A DNA stretch of 64,000 nt from Myxococcota bacterium (GCA_044344255.1 JBIJDH010000022.1:1-64000), one strand, 5' to 3'. Counted from the stretch's first letter, positions 51,352 to 60,771 are shown. A program made the numbers and translations. The notes: a model not told the origin generated them from the letters alone.

Positions 51352-53634
51352 ATGTCCAATTCTGCCCGGCCCCTCCTCCTCGGCGCTGCCCTGCTGCTCT
51401 CGCTCTCTGCCGGCTGCGGTGGCGGCGCAGGCGCTGACGGCAAAGACGGCATCAACGGCAGCAACGGCGCCAACGGCGAGAGCGGCGCACCCGGCGGCAA
51501 CGGTCTCGATGGCGTCAACGGTGTCGACGGCATCAACGGCGTCGATGGCGTGGACGGGGAGACCGGCGCGGACGGTCACGACGGCCGCGACGGCCATGAC
51601 GGTGAGGGCCCCTGGGGCATCAACCTCACCCTCGTCTCGATCGACGGCGGCAGCGGCTCCGCCGGCGCCTTCCAGGTGGGCGACTTCCCGAGCGTGACCT
51701 TCACGCTGACCGACGACGACGGCCACGAGTACGACGTCTCCGAGCTCACCGGCTTCTACTTCAACGTCGCCGGCCCCACGAGCCACTACGCCAACGCGAT
51801 CCTCTACTCCGACCTCGCCAAGGTCGCCGACACCGCGGTCTACAACTTCGACGGCACCTGGACCTACGACTTCGACATCGCCTTCCCCGCGACCTACCAC
51901 GCCGTGCTCAACGACACGACCGACCTCGGCACCGACGACGGTGACTGGGGCGGCGAGGCGCTGGTCGACGGCACCTACACCGTGGCGGCCTGGGCCTACA
52001 GCAAGGTCACCCTCGACGACGGCAGCTACTACTACGAGGCCGGCAACGCGACCTCTGACGTCCTCTTCGGCACCGCGACGGCCATCGAGCCCCGCGAGGT
52101 GGTGCTCGAAGAGAACTGCGCCAACTGCCACGGCGACGAGTTCATGGCCCACGGCGGCAGCCGCCGCGACCTCGACGTCTGCCTCACCTGCCACGTCGAC
52201 GGCACCGAGGATCGGTACTCCGCCACCGACAGCACGGTCACCCCGGGCACCTCGGTCGGCATGACCACGATGATCCACAAGATCCACATGGGTGAGGACC
52301 TGAGCAACGGCTACACGGTCGCCGGCTACCCCGCGGACACCACCGATCCGGGCTACCCGAACTACAACTCGATCGACTACTCCGAGGTCGTGTTCCCGAG
52401 CTTCAAGGAGGGCTCCGCCTCCTGTGACTCCTGCCACAGCGGCGCGGCCGACGGCGACGTGAACACCCGCCCCACCCGCCAGGCCTGCGGCGCCTGCCAC
52501 GACAGCGTCGACTTCGCGGCTGGCACCAACCACGAGGGCGGCGCCCAGACCAACGACACCAACTGCGCGGTCTGCCACACCCCCGACAACATCGACGGCT
52601 ACCACCTCGACGCCCGCTTCGACACCACGTTCAACCCCGGCATCAACGTCGAGATCCTGACCGCCTCCGGCGGATCGGGCTCGGGCGGCGCCTTCCAGGC
52701 CGGTGACACCATCACCATCACCTTCAAGGCCACCCACGACGACGGCACCTACGTGCAGAAGTCGGAGTTCGCCTACTCCTCGTCTTCGTCCACCTGCGGC
52801 ACCCTCGCCGGCGGCTCGACGCTGTACCTTGGCGGTCCCACCGAGCACATGGAGCGGATCCAGTACTCCACCTCTCCCAGCAGCTCGTCCACGGTGGGCT
52901 CGGTCTACGGCAGCTCCACCTACGACTCCAGCACCGGCATCTACACCTACTCGATGCCCGCTGTGATCCCCTCGACGATCCCCGCGCAGCTCAACGACAC
53001 CACGGCCTTCGGCGAGGCCGAAGGTGACTGGTACGGGCTGCCGCTGCCCTCGGGCACCTACCGCCTCGGCCTCGCCCTCTACACCACCCTCTGGGACGCC
53101 GACTGCAACCGCGTCCGCGTGGCCGATACCACCTACTTCGACATCCTGATGGGCACCGCCACCACGATCGAAGACCACGACTTCGTGGACAACGCCTCCT
53201 GTGAGAGCTGTCACGAGACGGTGGAGTTCCACGGCGACACCCGCAATGACGTCTCCTACTGCGTCATGTGCCACACCCCGGGCTCGGAGGACTCCTCCTC
53301 TGTCAACCCGACCACCAGCCTCGACTTCCCCGTGATGATCCACAAGATCCACGGCAGCAGCATCCTCGAGAACGGCTACTGCGTCGGCTCGACCTGCTTC
53401 GACGTCACCTTCCCCCGCTTCGACGGCGGCGTTCAGGCCTGCACCGCCTGCCACGGCGCCACCGACAAGTGGGAGAACCCCTCGACCCGCGGCTGCATCA
53501 CCTGCCACGACTCCGAGGACGCGGCGGCCCACGCGGCCATCATGACCGATGACGTCTACGGTGAGAGCTGCGACACCTGCCACGGGCCGGGCCGCGACTA
53601 CTCCTCCGAGTCGGTCCACGCCTGGACTCGCTGA
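51352..53634 (+). CDS. OmcA/MtrC-family decaheme c-type cytochrome lipoprotein with a collagen-like linker
   Basis: LSAGC lipobox; 20 Gly-X-Y triplets; 2 x 5 CXXCH, each set preceded by a beta domain; PREVV..NC..CH; MIHKIH twice; PTRQACGACH. Confidence 0.92.
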   Translation: MSNSARPLLLGAALLLSLSAGCGGGAGADGKDGINGSNGANGESGAPGGNGLDGVNGVDGINGVDGVDGETGADGHDGRDGHDGEGPWGINLTLVSIDGGSGSAGAFQVGDFPSVTFTLTDDDGHEYDVSELTGFYFNVAGPTSHYANAILYSDLAKVADTAVYNFDGTWTYDFDIAFPATYHAVLNDTTDLGTDDGDWGGEALVDGTYTVAAWAYSKVTLDDGSYYYEAGNATSDVLFGTATAIEPREVVLEENCANCHGDEFMAHGGSRRDLDVCLTCHVDGTEDRYSATDSTVTPGTSVGMTTMIHKIHMGEDLSNGYTVAGYPADTTDPGYPNYNSIDYSEVVFPSFKEGSASCDSCHSGAADGDVNTRPTRQACGACHDSVDFAAGTNHEGGAQTNDTNCAVCHTPDNIDGYHLDARFDTTFNPGINVEILTASGGSGSGGAFQAGDTITITFKATHDDGTYVQKSEFAYSSSSSTCGTLAGGSTLYLGGPTEHMERIQYSTSPSSSSTVGSVYGSSTYDSSTGIYTYSMPAVIPSTIPAQLNDTTAFGEAEGDWYGLPLPSGTYRLGLALYTTLWDADCNRVRVADTTYFDILMGTATTIEDHDFVDNASCESCHETVEFHGDTRNDVSYCVMCHTPGSEDSSSVNPTTSLDFPVMIHKIHGSSILENGYCVGSTCFDVTFPRFDGGVQACTACHGATDKWENPSTRGCITCHDSEDAAAHAAIMTDDVYGESCDTCHGPGRDYSSESVHAWTR

Positions 53635-53673
53635 AGCGGATGGTGTGACGGCGCCTCGCAGCGGGGCGCCCTG

Positions 53674-53710
53674 AGCGGGGGGCGGCGTCTTCGGGCGCCG
53701 CCCCCTCGCT
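53674..53710. terminator. GC-rich hairpin between convergent genes
   Basis: GGGGGCGGCGTC-TTCG-GGCGCCGCCCCC (cUUCGg loop); no U tract. Confidence 0.6.
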
Positions 53711-53727
53711 GCGTCTGGCCCCTTGGC

Positions 53728-54531
53728 TCAGGGCTTGGCGGCCACCGGGAACAAGACCGCCTCGGTGACGATCACGGGGTAGCTGTAGCCGGAGCCGTAG
53801 TCCTCATCGACCTTCACGAGGCCCTGCGCCTCGACCTCGACCCCCATCGCCGCCGCGGACTGGGTGGTCACGGTGAGGTCGTTCGTGCCGGAGGCGCCCG
53901 TGCCGTCCTGGATGTGGAGCCAGTTCCGCCCCATCACGCCCGGGGTGTACTTGACCACCTTGCCGCGTACGGTGACCGTCTTCCCCGCGAGGGCCTGGCG
54001 ATCGGACCACACCGAGGCGATGGTCTGGACGGGGCCGCCCGCGCGGGGCGCCGTGGGCGCAGGGATCGAGGCCGGCGCGGCCTCGCCGACGGGGGCCGCT
54101 GCGGCCGGCGTGGCGCCGTCGCCCGGGGCGCTGAGGCTCTCGACGAAGTAGACGAGCGGGAAGTCTCGGTTGAGCGTGTCGCTGTGGAAGTCGCGCATCG
54201 GCAGCGACAGGGTGAGCGCCACCCGGCTGCCCACGGGGGGCGCCGCGCCGCCGCTCGCCGCCCAGAGCTCCCCCTCGACCGTCTGGACCCGCACATAGCT
54301 GTACGGGGGAGCGGAGAGCCCCTCCACCACGGTGCCTTCGACGGTGGGGCCGGTGGGCTTGGTCGCCATGCCCGGCGCGGGGGCCGGGGCCTGCCCGGAG
54401 GTCGGGGCCTGAGCCGCGCCGAGGTCTTGGAAGGCCCCCGGGCTGAGCTGTCCGGGGCGGGCGCCCTCCGCGGGGGGGGTGGGCGCGGCGCCGTCACAGG
54501 CGACGAGGAGCGAGAGGAGCAGGAGGCGCAT
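53728..54531 (-). CDS. NrfJ-like OB-fold lipoprotein
   Basis: LVAC lipobox; YSYVRV...LWAA; FHSDTLNRDF; VRGKVVK...MGRNWLHIQDGTG; DYGSGYSYPVI. Confidence 0.75.
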   Translation of the reverse strand: MRLLLLSLLVACDGAAPTPPAEGARPGQLSPGAFQDLGAAQAPTSGQAPAPAPGMATKPTGPTVEGTVVEGLSAPPYSYVRVQTVEGELWAASGGAAPPVGSRVALTLSLPMRDFHSDTLNRDFPLVYFVESLSAPGDGATPAAAAPVGEAAPASIPAPTAPRAGGPVQTIASVWSDRQALAGKTVTVRGKVVKYTPGVMGRNWLHIQDGTGASGTNDLTVTTQSAAAMGVEVEAQGLVKVDEDYGSGYSYPVIVTEAVLFPVAAKP

Positions 54532-54719
54532 GGGCGATGATCCGAAGGGTGGGTTTGCGGGAGCCGATTAGCCGCCGCAGCGCGCGCAGGCTCCCTCCCG
54601 CCGAGGGGGGGAGCGTGCCCCAACCCGCCGAAGCCTGCCCTCGATCATGGTAGCGTCGAGGCCCTCTGCGCACAGGCGCGCTACAGGCTCCCTCCCGCTG
54701 TCACCCACGCGGCGCTCCG

Positions 54720-56819
54720 ATGCGCGAAGATCCGCTCCAGATGCTCTCCACACGCCCACGCACGGATGATCCTCTGAGCCTGCATCCGCCCGCTCTGTTC
54801 GCGAGCCCCGCGCAGCGGCTCGGTCGCCTGTCGCTCGCCCTGCTGCTCGCCGGCTGCGCGGGGGGAGACGGCTGGCCCGACAGCGAGGAGCCCCGCCCCG
54901 CCGCCCTCGCCGCCACCCCCGCGGGCGCGCTCGAGGGGGAGCTCACCGGGCCCGACGGGGGGCCGCTCGCGGGCGCCTTCGTCACCACCGATCCCCTCGG
55001 CATGGGCGCGACCACCGGCGAAGACGGGCGCTTCCGGATCGAGCGCCTGCTCCCTGGCGAGTACACCGTCACCGCCGCCGCCGCCGGCCTCTCGGCCGTG
55101 GAGTCCGAGCCCTTTCTGATCGAGGCCGAGGGGGTGGCCTCGGTCTCCCTCACGCTCCCGGCCCTCCCCGAGCAGGACGGCCTCCTCCGCGTCACGGTGC
55201 TCAACGCCTTTGACGAGCCCGCGGCCGCCGTCCACGTGATCGCCACCGACGGCACCCTGACGGTCGAGGGCGACACCGACGCCTCGGGCGCCCTCACGCT
55301 GTCTGGCCTCGGCGGGCGCACGGTGAGCGTCTACGCGGCTGACCCCGCCGGTCGGCACGCCGCCCGCTCCACCGACGAGATCGCGGTGCCCGCCCTCGGC
55401 GGCGCGCAGGTCTCCTTCGCCCTCTCCGGCCAGCCTGACCCCGAGTGGCTGGGCACCTCTGGCACCCGCATCTGCGTGATGTGCCACGAAGACATCGCCG
55501 CGGTCTATCAAGGCTCGGCCCACGCCCAGGCGATGTCGGCGGTCGAGGGCGCCCCCGCCCTGGCCTTTGACCTCGGGCTCACGGTCGACCTCGAAGGCGC
55601 CACCGCCACCCTGAGCCGCGAGGGCGGCGAGCCCGTCGTCACCTTGGAGGACAGCGCCGGCGCCACCTCCACCTGGCCCGTGGCGGGCCTGCTCGGCGGA
55701 GAGCGCCGCGGCGCCATCCCCTGGACCGAGGTCGACGGGGTGTCCTGGCCGCTGCCCCTCGCCTGGCGCCCCGCCGATCCGCGCCGCCCGGGATGGGAGG
55801 AGCCCGCCTGGGTGGGCACAGACCTCGACGCCTGGTTCGACACCGACGGCACCTTCGCCTTCAGCGGCACGCCCCCCGCCGCCGCCTCGGCGGAGAACCG
55901 CTGCTTCGCCTGCCACGCCACCGGCTTCACCCTCGCCTCGGACGGCGGCGGGCAGGTCACGATGACCGCGACGAGCGAGCCCGACGCGCGCTGGGACGAA
56001 GCCGCCGTCGGCTGTGAGCGCTGCCACGGCCCCGGGCTCAGCCACTCGGCCGGCCTGCTCTCGGAGAAGCGCGCCACCATCATCAACCCCGACCGGCTCG
56101 ACGTCGCGCGGGGCAACGAGGTCTGCGGGCAGTGCCACTCCGCCCTCGCAGGCGCAGCGCACACCCCCTACGCCTGGAGCGAGGCCGAGGGCCTCTTCGC
56201 CCCGGGGGAGACCCTCTCCGACTACGCCGCCAGCGACTTCTCGGCCTGGACGGAGTCTGGTGTCACCGACCTCCCCGGCGCCGCGGCCGACGAGCTCAGC
56301 CGGTCGGCGCACGCCACCAACGGCTGGGAGGCCCGCTGCACCGACTGCCACGATCCGCACGGCAGCAGCGTCCGCTCCGACCTCCGCCAGGAGAGCGAAG
56401 ACAACACCCTCTGCAGCAGCTGTCACCTCGGCCTCGACTACGCGGGCGACGCGGCGGCGATGGCCGCCCACACCGGCCACAGCGCCTACGATCCAGGCAG
56501 CGAGGGGCACTCGGGCCAGTGCACCGGCTGCCACATGCCGCCCACGGCCACCCGCTCCGCCTGGTCCGACCTCTCCGCCGCCGGAGACCTCGCCAGCCAC
56601 CGCTTCCTCGCCGTGCCCCCCGCCGAGTCCCTCGCCTACTTCGAGGCCGCCGGCGCCACGACGCTCGAGCCCGGCACCTTCGTCCCCAACGCCTGTCAGG
56701 AGTGCCACGCCTGGAACGGGTGGCGCCTCGGCGCCGCCTTCACCGGGCCCACCGGCGACATGACGGCGCGCGCCACCCACGAGGCCCTCGACGGCGCCTA
56801 TGGGCTGATGTTCCCATGA
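54720..56819 (+). CDS. Octaheme cytochrome c lipoprotein with N-terminal carboxypeptidase-regulatory-like Ig domains (start uncertain)
   Basis: LAGC lipobox; CVMCH, CFACH, CERCH(GPG), CGQCH, CTDCH, CSSCH, CTGCH, CQECH. Confidence 0.88.
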   Translation: MREDPLQMLSTRPRTDDPLSLHPPALFASPAQRLGRLSLALLLAGCAGGDGWPDSEEPRPAALAATPAGALEGELTGPDGGPLAGAFVTTDPLGMGATTGEDGRFRIERLLPGEYTVTAAAAGLSAVESEPFLIEAEGVASVSLTLPALPEQDGLLRVTVLNAFDEPAAAVHVIATDGTLTVEGDTDASGALTLSGLGGRTVSVYAADPAGRHAARSTDEIAVPALGGAQVSFALSGQPDPEWLGTSGTRICVMCHEDIAAVYQGSAHAQAMSAVEGAPALAFDLGLTVDLEGATATLSREGGEPVVTLEDSAGATSTWPVAGLLGGERRGAIPWTEVDGVSWPLPLAWRPADPRRPGWEEPAWVGTDLDAWFDTDGTFAFSGTPPAAASAENRCFACHATGFTLASDGGGQVTMTATSEPDARWDEAAVGCERCHGPGLSHSAGLLSEKRATIINPDRLDVARGNEVCGQCHSALAGAAHTPYAWSEAEGLFAPGETLSDYAASDFSAWTESGVTDLPGAAADELSRSAHATNGWEARCTDCHDPHGSSVRSDLRQESEDNTLCSSCHLGLDYAGDAAAMAAHTGHSAYDPGSEGHSGQCTGCHMPPTATRSAWSDLSAAGDLASHRFLAVPPAESLAYFEAAGATTLEPGTFVPNACQECHAWNGWRLGAAFTGPTGDMTARATHEALDGAYGLMFP

Positions 56820-57694
56820 GTGAGACCAACCTCCTCCGCTCCCCTCCCGGCGCCCGCGCGGTCCGCCACGGGCTGCTCCTCCTGGCCCTCAGCGCCGTCG
56901 CCTGCGGCACGCCGGTCGAGCCCGCCAAGGGCGCGTCCGGCTCCAGCGGGGCCGTCCAGTTCCCCCACGCCGCGGGCTACAAGGCGGGCACCGACCACGG
57001 CGCCGAGGCCCTCGCCCTCGGACAGGCGGCCTGTAACGAGTGCCACCGCCCCGAGACCAACGCCCCCACCTGCGCCTCCTGCCACGAGGGCTACCCCCAC
57101 GAGGAGGGCTGGCTCGCTGGGACCGCCCACGGCGTCGGCCTCATCGGCGAGACCGGGGCCGCGGCCCTCCAGGTCTGCGGCGACTGCCACGGAAAGGCCG
57201 AGCTCACGGCCCCCTCCTGCACCACCTGCCACGACTCCTACCCCCACCCCGAGGGCTGGGAGCTCGCCGGCCAGCACGGCGCCTACACCCTCGCCCGCGG
57301 CTCGGCGGTGGCGGCCTGCGGAGGCTGCCACGGCGCCGCCCTCGAAGGGGTGACCGACCCCGACCGGGCGAGCCCCTCCTGCACGTCCTGTCACGCCACC
57401 TGGCCGCACCCCGAGGGCTGGGCCGCGGTCGAGGGCCACGGCGCGACCTCAGCCGCGCAGCTCCCCGACTGCTACGCCTGCCACGGTGAGGGCGGCACCG
57501 GCGGCATCGTCGCCCTGGCCTGCTCCCGCTGCCACGACGCCTTCCCCCACGCCGACGGCTGGACCCAGGGCCACCTCGCCTGGGTGAACGCCCGCGGCGA
57601 TCAGGCCTGCTTGAGCTGTCACGACGCCGGCTCCGCGGCCCCCACCATGCCGGCCTCCTGCGGCGCCGCCTGTCACTCTGGGAGCGGCGGATGA
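56816..57694 (+). CDS. Repeat-built decaheme cytochrome c lipoprotein
   Basis: ATG 56816 (ATGA overlap); AVAC lipobox; 9 CXXCH plus a terminal CGAACH; recurring [FYW]PHxxG[WY] motif. Confidence 0.88.
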   Translation: MSETNLLRSPPGARAVRHGLLLLALSAVACGTPVEPAKGASGSSGAVQFPHAAGYKAGTDHGAEALALGQAACNECHRPETNAPTCASCHEGYPHEEGWLAGTAHGVGLIGETGAAALQVCGDCHGKAELTAPSCTTCHDSYPHPEGWELAGQHGAYTLARGSAVAACGGCHGAALEGVTDPDRASPSCTSCHATWPHPEGWAAVEGHGATSAAQLPDCYACHGEGGTGGIVALACSRCHDAFPHADGWTQGHLAWVNARGDQACLSCHDAGSAAPTMPASCGAACHSGSGG

Positions 57695-58971
57695 TGCTCC
57701 TCCTCGGCGGGATCTTGTCGGCCACCGCCGCCGACCGCGACACCAGCCAGGGCGACGATGGGCTCCTCGACGGCCTGCACGCCTACGTCACCTCCGCGGC
57801 GGAGGTCCGGCCCGACCTCGTCGGCGAGCGGGACGTCCGGGCCCGACAGAGCCTCGGCCTGTCCACCCCGGTGGGCGAACACTGGTCCTTCGACCTCTCC
57901 GGCGCCCTCCGCCACGGCAGCGTCCACGACGCCGATCTCGACCTCCACGCCCTCCACCTCCAGGGAGAGGGGGAGCGGCTGCACCTCGAGCTCGGCCGAC
58001 AGGTGGTCGTCGATCCCCGCGGCCTGCAGCACCTCGACGGCCTCCGCCTCGAGCGCAGCGCCGGGCTCGTGGTCCCCGCATTCTGGCTCGGCCGGCTGTG
58101 GGCCCCCGAGGCCCCCTTCAAGGACCCCCGGCAGGCCGAAGACGACGCCGCCCACGGCACCCTCGTCGGGGGCGCCTCGGTAGACCTCCACCCCCCCGGC
58201 CCCGACGGCGAGCCCTCCGGCCGCGCCGGCCTCCGCCTGGGCTTCGAGGAGCAGCTCGAAGCCAGCGAGGCCCGCTCCCACGTCTTCGGCGCCGCCGAGC
58301 TCAACGGGCCCCGCGGCGGCCGTGGCACCCTGGACGCCGAGGCCGTCCCCGGCGAGGGGCAGCGCCTCGGCCTGCGCGCCATCGGGCCGGTGGGCCGTGT
58401 CCTCACCCTCGGCCCCGAGCTCCGCTACGAGGCCCTCGGCGTCAGCACCGTCTCCACCACCCGCCGCGACGCCATGGACTGGCTCGGCGGGGATGGCTAC
58501 GGCGTCGGCAGCCTCCTCATCGCCGGTCACCAGGGCGAGTGGACCGCCAGCGTCCAAGGCGGGCCGGTCTATCGGCCCGACCGCTCGGCGGGCGCCACCG
58601 GCAACGCCAACCTCCACTACCAGGCGAGCCCCACCTTCGGCCTCGGCCTCTTCGGCCTCAGCGCCTATGTCGAGGGCTCCGCGGTCACCGGCGGCGGGCT
58701 CCAGGCCGCCACCTCCCCCGAGGGCCTCCGCGTCAGCGGCGACGTCGGGCTCTATCGATTCACGCCGCTGACCGGCGCGGTCGCATCGGTGGGAGAGGCC
58801 CGCCTGCGGGCCAGCGCCCCCCTGCTGCGCCGCACCCACGGCGCCCGCGAGACCGCCGGCCTCCGCTTCCAGGCCGAGCTGGCGAGCGGCGCCGATCGAA
58901 ACCTCCAGCCCTGGATGCGCGGCGGCGTCGCGCTCAGCGGCAACCTCGGTCCGAGTGGGGACCACCCATGA
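57691..58971 (+). CDS. Putative outer-membrane beta-barrel (porin of a porin-cytochrome complex)
   Basis: Heme-free; alternating amphipathic strands; LELGRQ...HLDG; lies between cytochrome genes. Confidence 0.65.
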   Translation: MMLLLGGILSATAADRDTSQGDDGLLDGLHAYVTSAAEVRPDLVGERDVRARQSLGLSTPVGEHWSFDLSGALRHGSVHDADLDLHALHLQGEGERLHLELGRQVVVDPRGLQHLDGLRLERSAGLVVPAFWLGRLWAPEAPFKDPRQAEDDAAHGTLVGGASVDLHPPGPDGEPSGRAGLRLGFEEQLEASEARSHVFGAAELNGPRGGRGTLDAEAVPGEGQRLGLRAIGPVGRVLTLGPELRYEALGVSTVSTTRRDAMDWLGGDGYGVGSLLIAGHQGEWTASVQGGPVYRPDRSAGATGNANLHYQASPTFGLGLFGLSAYVEGSAVTGGGLQAATSPEGLRVSGDVGLYRFTPLTGAVASVGEARLRASAPLLRRTHGARETAGLRFQAELASGADRNLQPWMRGGVALSGNLGPSGDHP

Positions 58972-59591
58972 CGCCCCGCTTCGTCTCTCTCCGCCTGTCG
59001 GCGCTCCGCCTCTCTTCCTTCTGTCTGCCCGCGCTGCTGGTCGGCCTGCTCTGGTCGGGCGCCGAGGCGAAGGACGGGCCGGACCCCGCCCTCCTCCCCT
59101 CCCCCTTCCGGCACGCCGAGCACAAGGGCGCGTTCCAAGACGCCTCGGTCACCTGCGTAGACTGCCACGCGGTCGGCCTCCGCGGCGCCGACACCACCAT
59201 CGCGGTGCCGGTGATGCCCGCGGCGCCGTGGTCCACCTGCCACGGCTGTCACCGAGACGAGGTCCGCCGGGCCCCCGCCGCGGCCCCCTCCACCTGCCTC
59301 ACCTGCCACAGCTCGATGGCGGCGCTGAAGCCGACCGACCATCAGGTCGACTGGGTCCACCAGCACGGGGACGCCGCGCGGTCTCTCCAGGCCGACTGCT
59401 CGAGCTGCCACGACAAGGTGACCTGTGTCTCCTGCCACGAGGAGCGCGGCGCCCTGTCCAAGAACCCGCACCCGCCCGGCTTCGCCGCCTTCCACGGCGT
59501 ACAAGCCCAGCTCGACCCTCGCTCCTGCACCACCTGCCACACGCCCTCCACCTGCACGAGCTGCCACCAGTCGGGAGCTGCCCCATGGTGA
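58968..59591 (+). CDS. Periplasmic heptaheme cytochrome c (c3/c7-like N-terminus)
   Basis: AEA signal peptide; FRHAEH; 7 CXXCH. Confidence 0.88.
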   Translation: MTPRFVSLRLSALRLSSFCLPALLVGLLWSGAEAKDGPDPALLPSPFRHAEHKGAFQDASVTCVDCHAVGLRGADTTIAVPVMPAAPWSTCHGCHRDEVRRAPAAAPSTCLTCHSSMAALKPTDHQVDWVHQHGDAARSLQADCSSCHDKVTCVSCHEERGALSKNPHPPGFAAFHGVQAQLDPRSCTTCHTPSTCTSCHQSGAAPW

Positions 59592-59878
59592 GCCGCCGCT
59601 GCGCCCTGCTCTTGTCCTTGCTCCTCGTCGCCTGCGGCGAGGAGGACCCCTGCCCCTACGGCTCGCTGCTCGACAGCCCGGCCGGCCTCACCCTGACCGC
59701 GGCCGAGCACCCCACCGGCTGGGGACAGGCGGAGTGTGTGAGCTGCCACGTCATGGAGACGCTGCACCGCTCCGGCTGCTCGCCCGACATCGATCCCGTC
59801 GAGCTCCAAGACGAGGTCGCCGCGCGGGGCCTCGAGGGCTGCGTGGACTGCCACGGCAATAACGGGGTGTCCGAATGA
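59585..59878 (+). CDS. Small diheme cytochrome c lipoprotein
   Basis: LVAC lipobox; HPTGW..CVSCH; CVDCHGNNGV. Confidence 0.82.
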   Translation: MVSRRCALLLSLLLVACGEEDPCPYGSLLDSPAGLTLTAAEHPTGWGQAECVSCHVMETLHRSGCSPDIDPVELQDEVAARGLEGCVDCHGNNGVSE

Positions 59879-60771
59879 GCGCGCCTCTCGCCCTGTCCCT
59901 CAGCCTCTCGCTCCTCCTCGCCGGCTGCCTGTCCGCAGAGGCCACCGAGCGGCTCGGCAAGAGCCCCCACGGCGCCAAGGACGGCTGCGTGGCCTGCCAC
60001 GTGAGCGGTGCGGGCGCCCAGGGCGTCGGGGCGACGAAGCCGATCGAGGCCACCTGCCGCTCCTGCCACCCCGACGCCGACATGCACCCGGTGGGCATGA
60101 AGCCGCGCACGGTGAAGGTCGCCGCGGGCTGGCCGCTGGAGGACGGCGTGGTCACCTGCGCCACCTGCCACGCCGAGCCCGCCCACGGCGGCGTCGCGGC
60201 CACGCTCCCCTCGCCCTGGCATCGCGGCGGCCCCTATCCCACGACCACCGCCTTCTGCGCGAGCTGCCATGACATCGCGGCGTACTCGCGACAGAGCCCT
60301 CACACGAAAGAGAAGACCCGGGATCCCAAGGGCGCCACATGCACGGCCTGTCACAGCGGCCTGCCGGTGACCGGCGCTGCCCCTTCGGCGTCCCGCACCC
60401 GGGTGCCTGCCGACCAGAGCTGCACGGGCTGCCACGAAGGGCAGATCCACGCCGGAGTGGTCGAGCACGTCGGCAAGAGCGTGAGCCCTGCGGTGCGCGC
60501 CGCCCTCCCGCCTGCGGTCGCCGTCAACGCCGACGGCACCATCGCCTGCTGGACCTGCCACGAGGTCCACGACGGCGTGACGGCCACTCACCCCAACCGT
60601 CGTGTCCTCGCCGACGGCCTCCGGAGCCGCGCCTTGAAAGAGGACTGGACCGCCTATGCGGGGTCGGCCTATCTCTGGCCCCGCGCCGAAGCGGATGAGG
60701 GTTCGGCCATGCTGGCCCTGTCGATCGACGACGGCGCGCTCTGTCAGGCCTGTCACGGAGAGGGCCCATGA
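59875..60771 (+). CDS. Octaheme cytochrome c lipoprotein (paired-CXXCH type)
   Basis: LAGC lipobox; 8 CXXCH; HPVG...PL..G.VTCxTCH. Confidence 0.9.
   Translation: MSAPLALSLSLSLLLAGCLSAEATERLGKSPHGAKDGCVACHVSGAGAQGVGATKPIEATCRSCHPDADMHPVGMKPRTVKVAAGWPLEDGVVTCATCHAEPAHGGVAATLPSPWHRGGPYPTTTAFCASCHDIAAYSRQSPHTKEKTRDPKGATCTACHSGLPVTGAAPSASRTRVPADQSCTGCHEGQIHAGVVEHVGKSVSPAVRAALPPAVAVNADGTIACWTCHEVHDGVTATHPNRRVLADGLRSRALKEDWTAYAGSAYLWPRAEADEGSAMLALSIDDGALCQACHGEGP

Noticed and set aside
51295..53619. 774-aa antisense ORF, and similar long shadow ORFs (3682-6174, 17621-20041, 30088-32349, 46422-49280, 54681-56780)
   Set aside because: These mirror well-supported genes on the opposite strand. High GC3 suppresses stop codons there, and they show no motifs.
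56816..58971. Labelling these genes mtrA/mtrB
   Set aside because: The repeat architecture differs from MtrA and the porin candidate is far shorter than MtrB.
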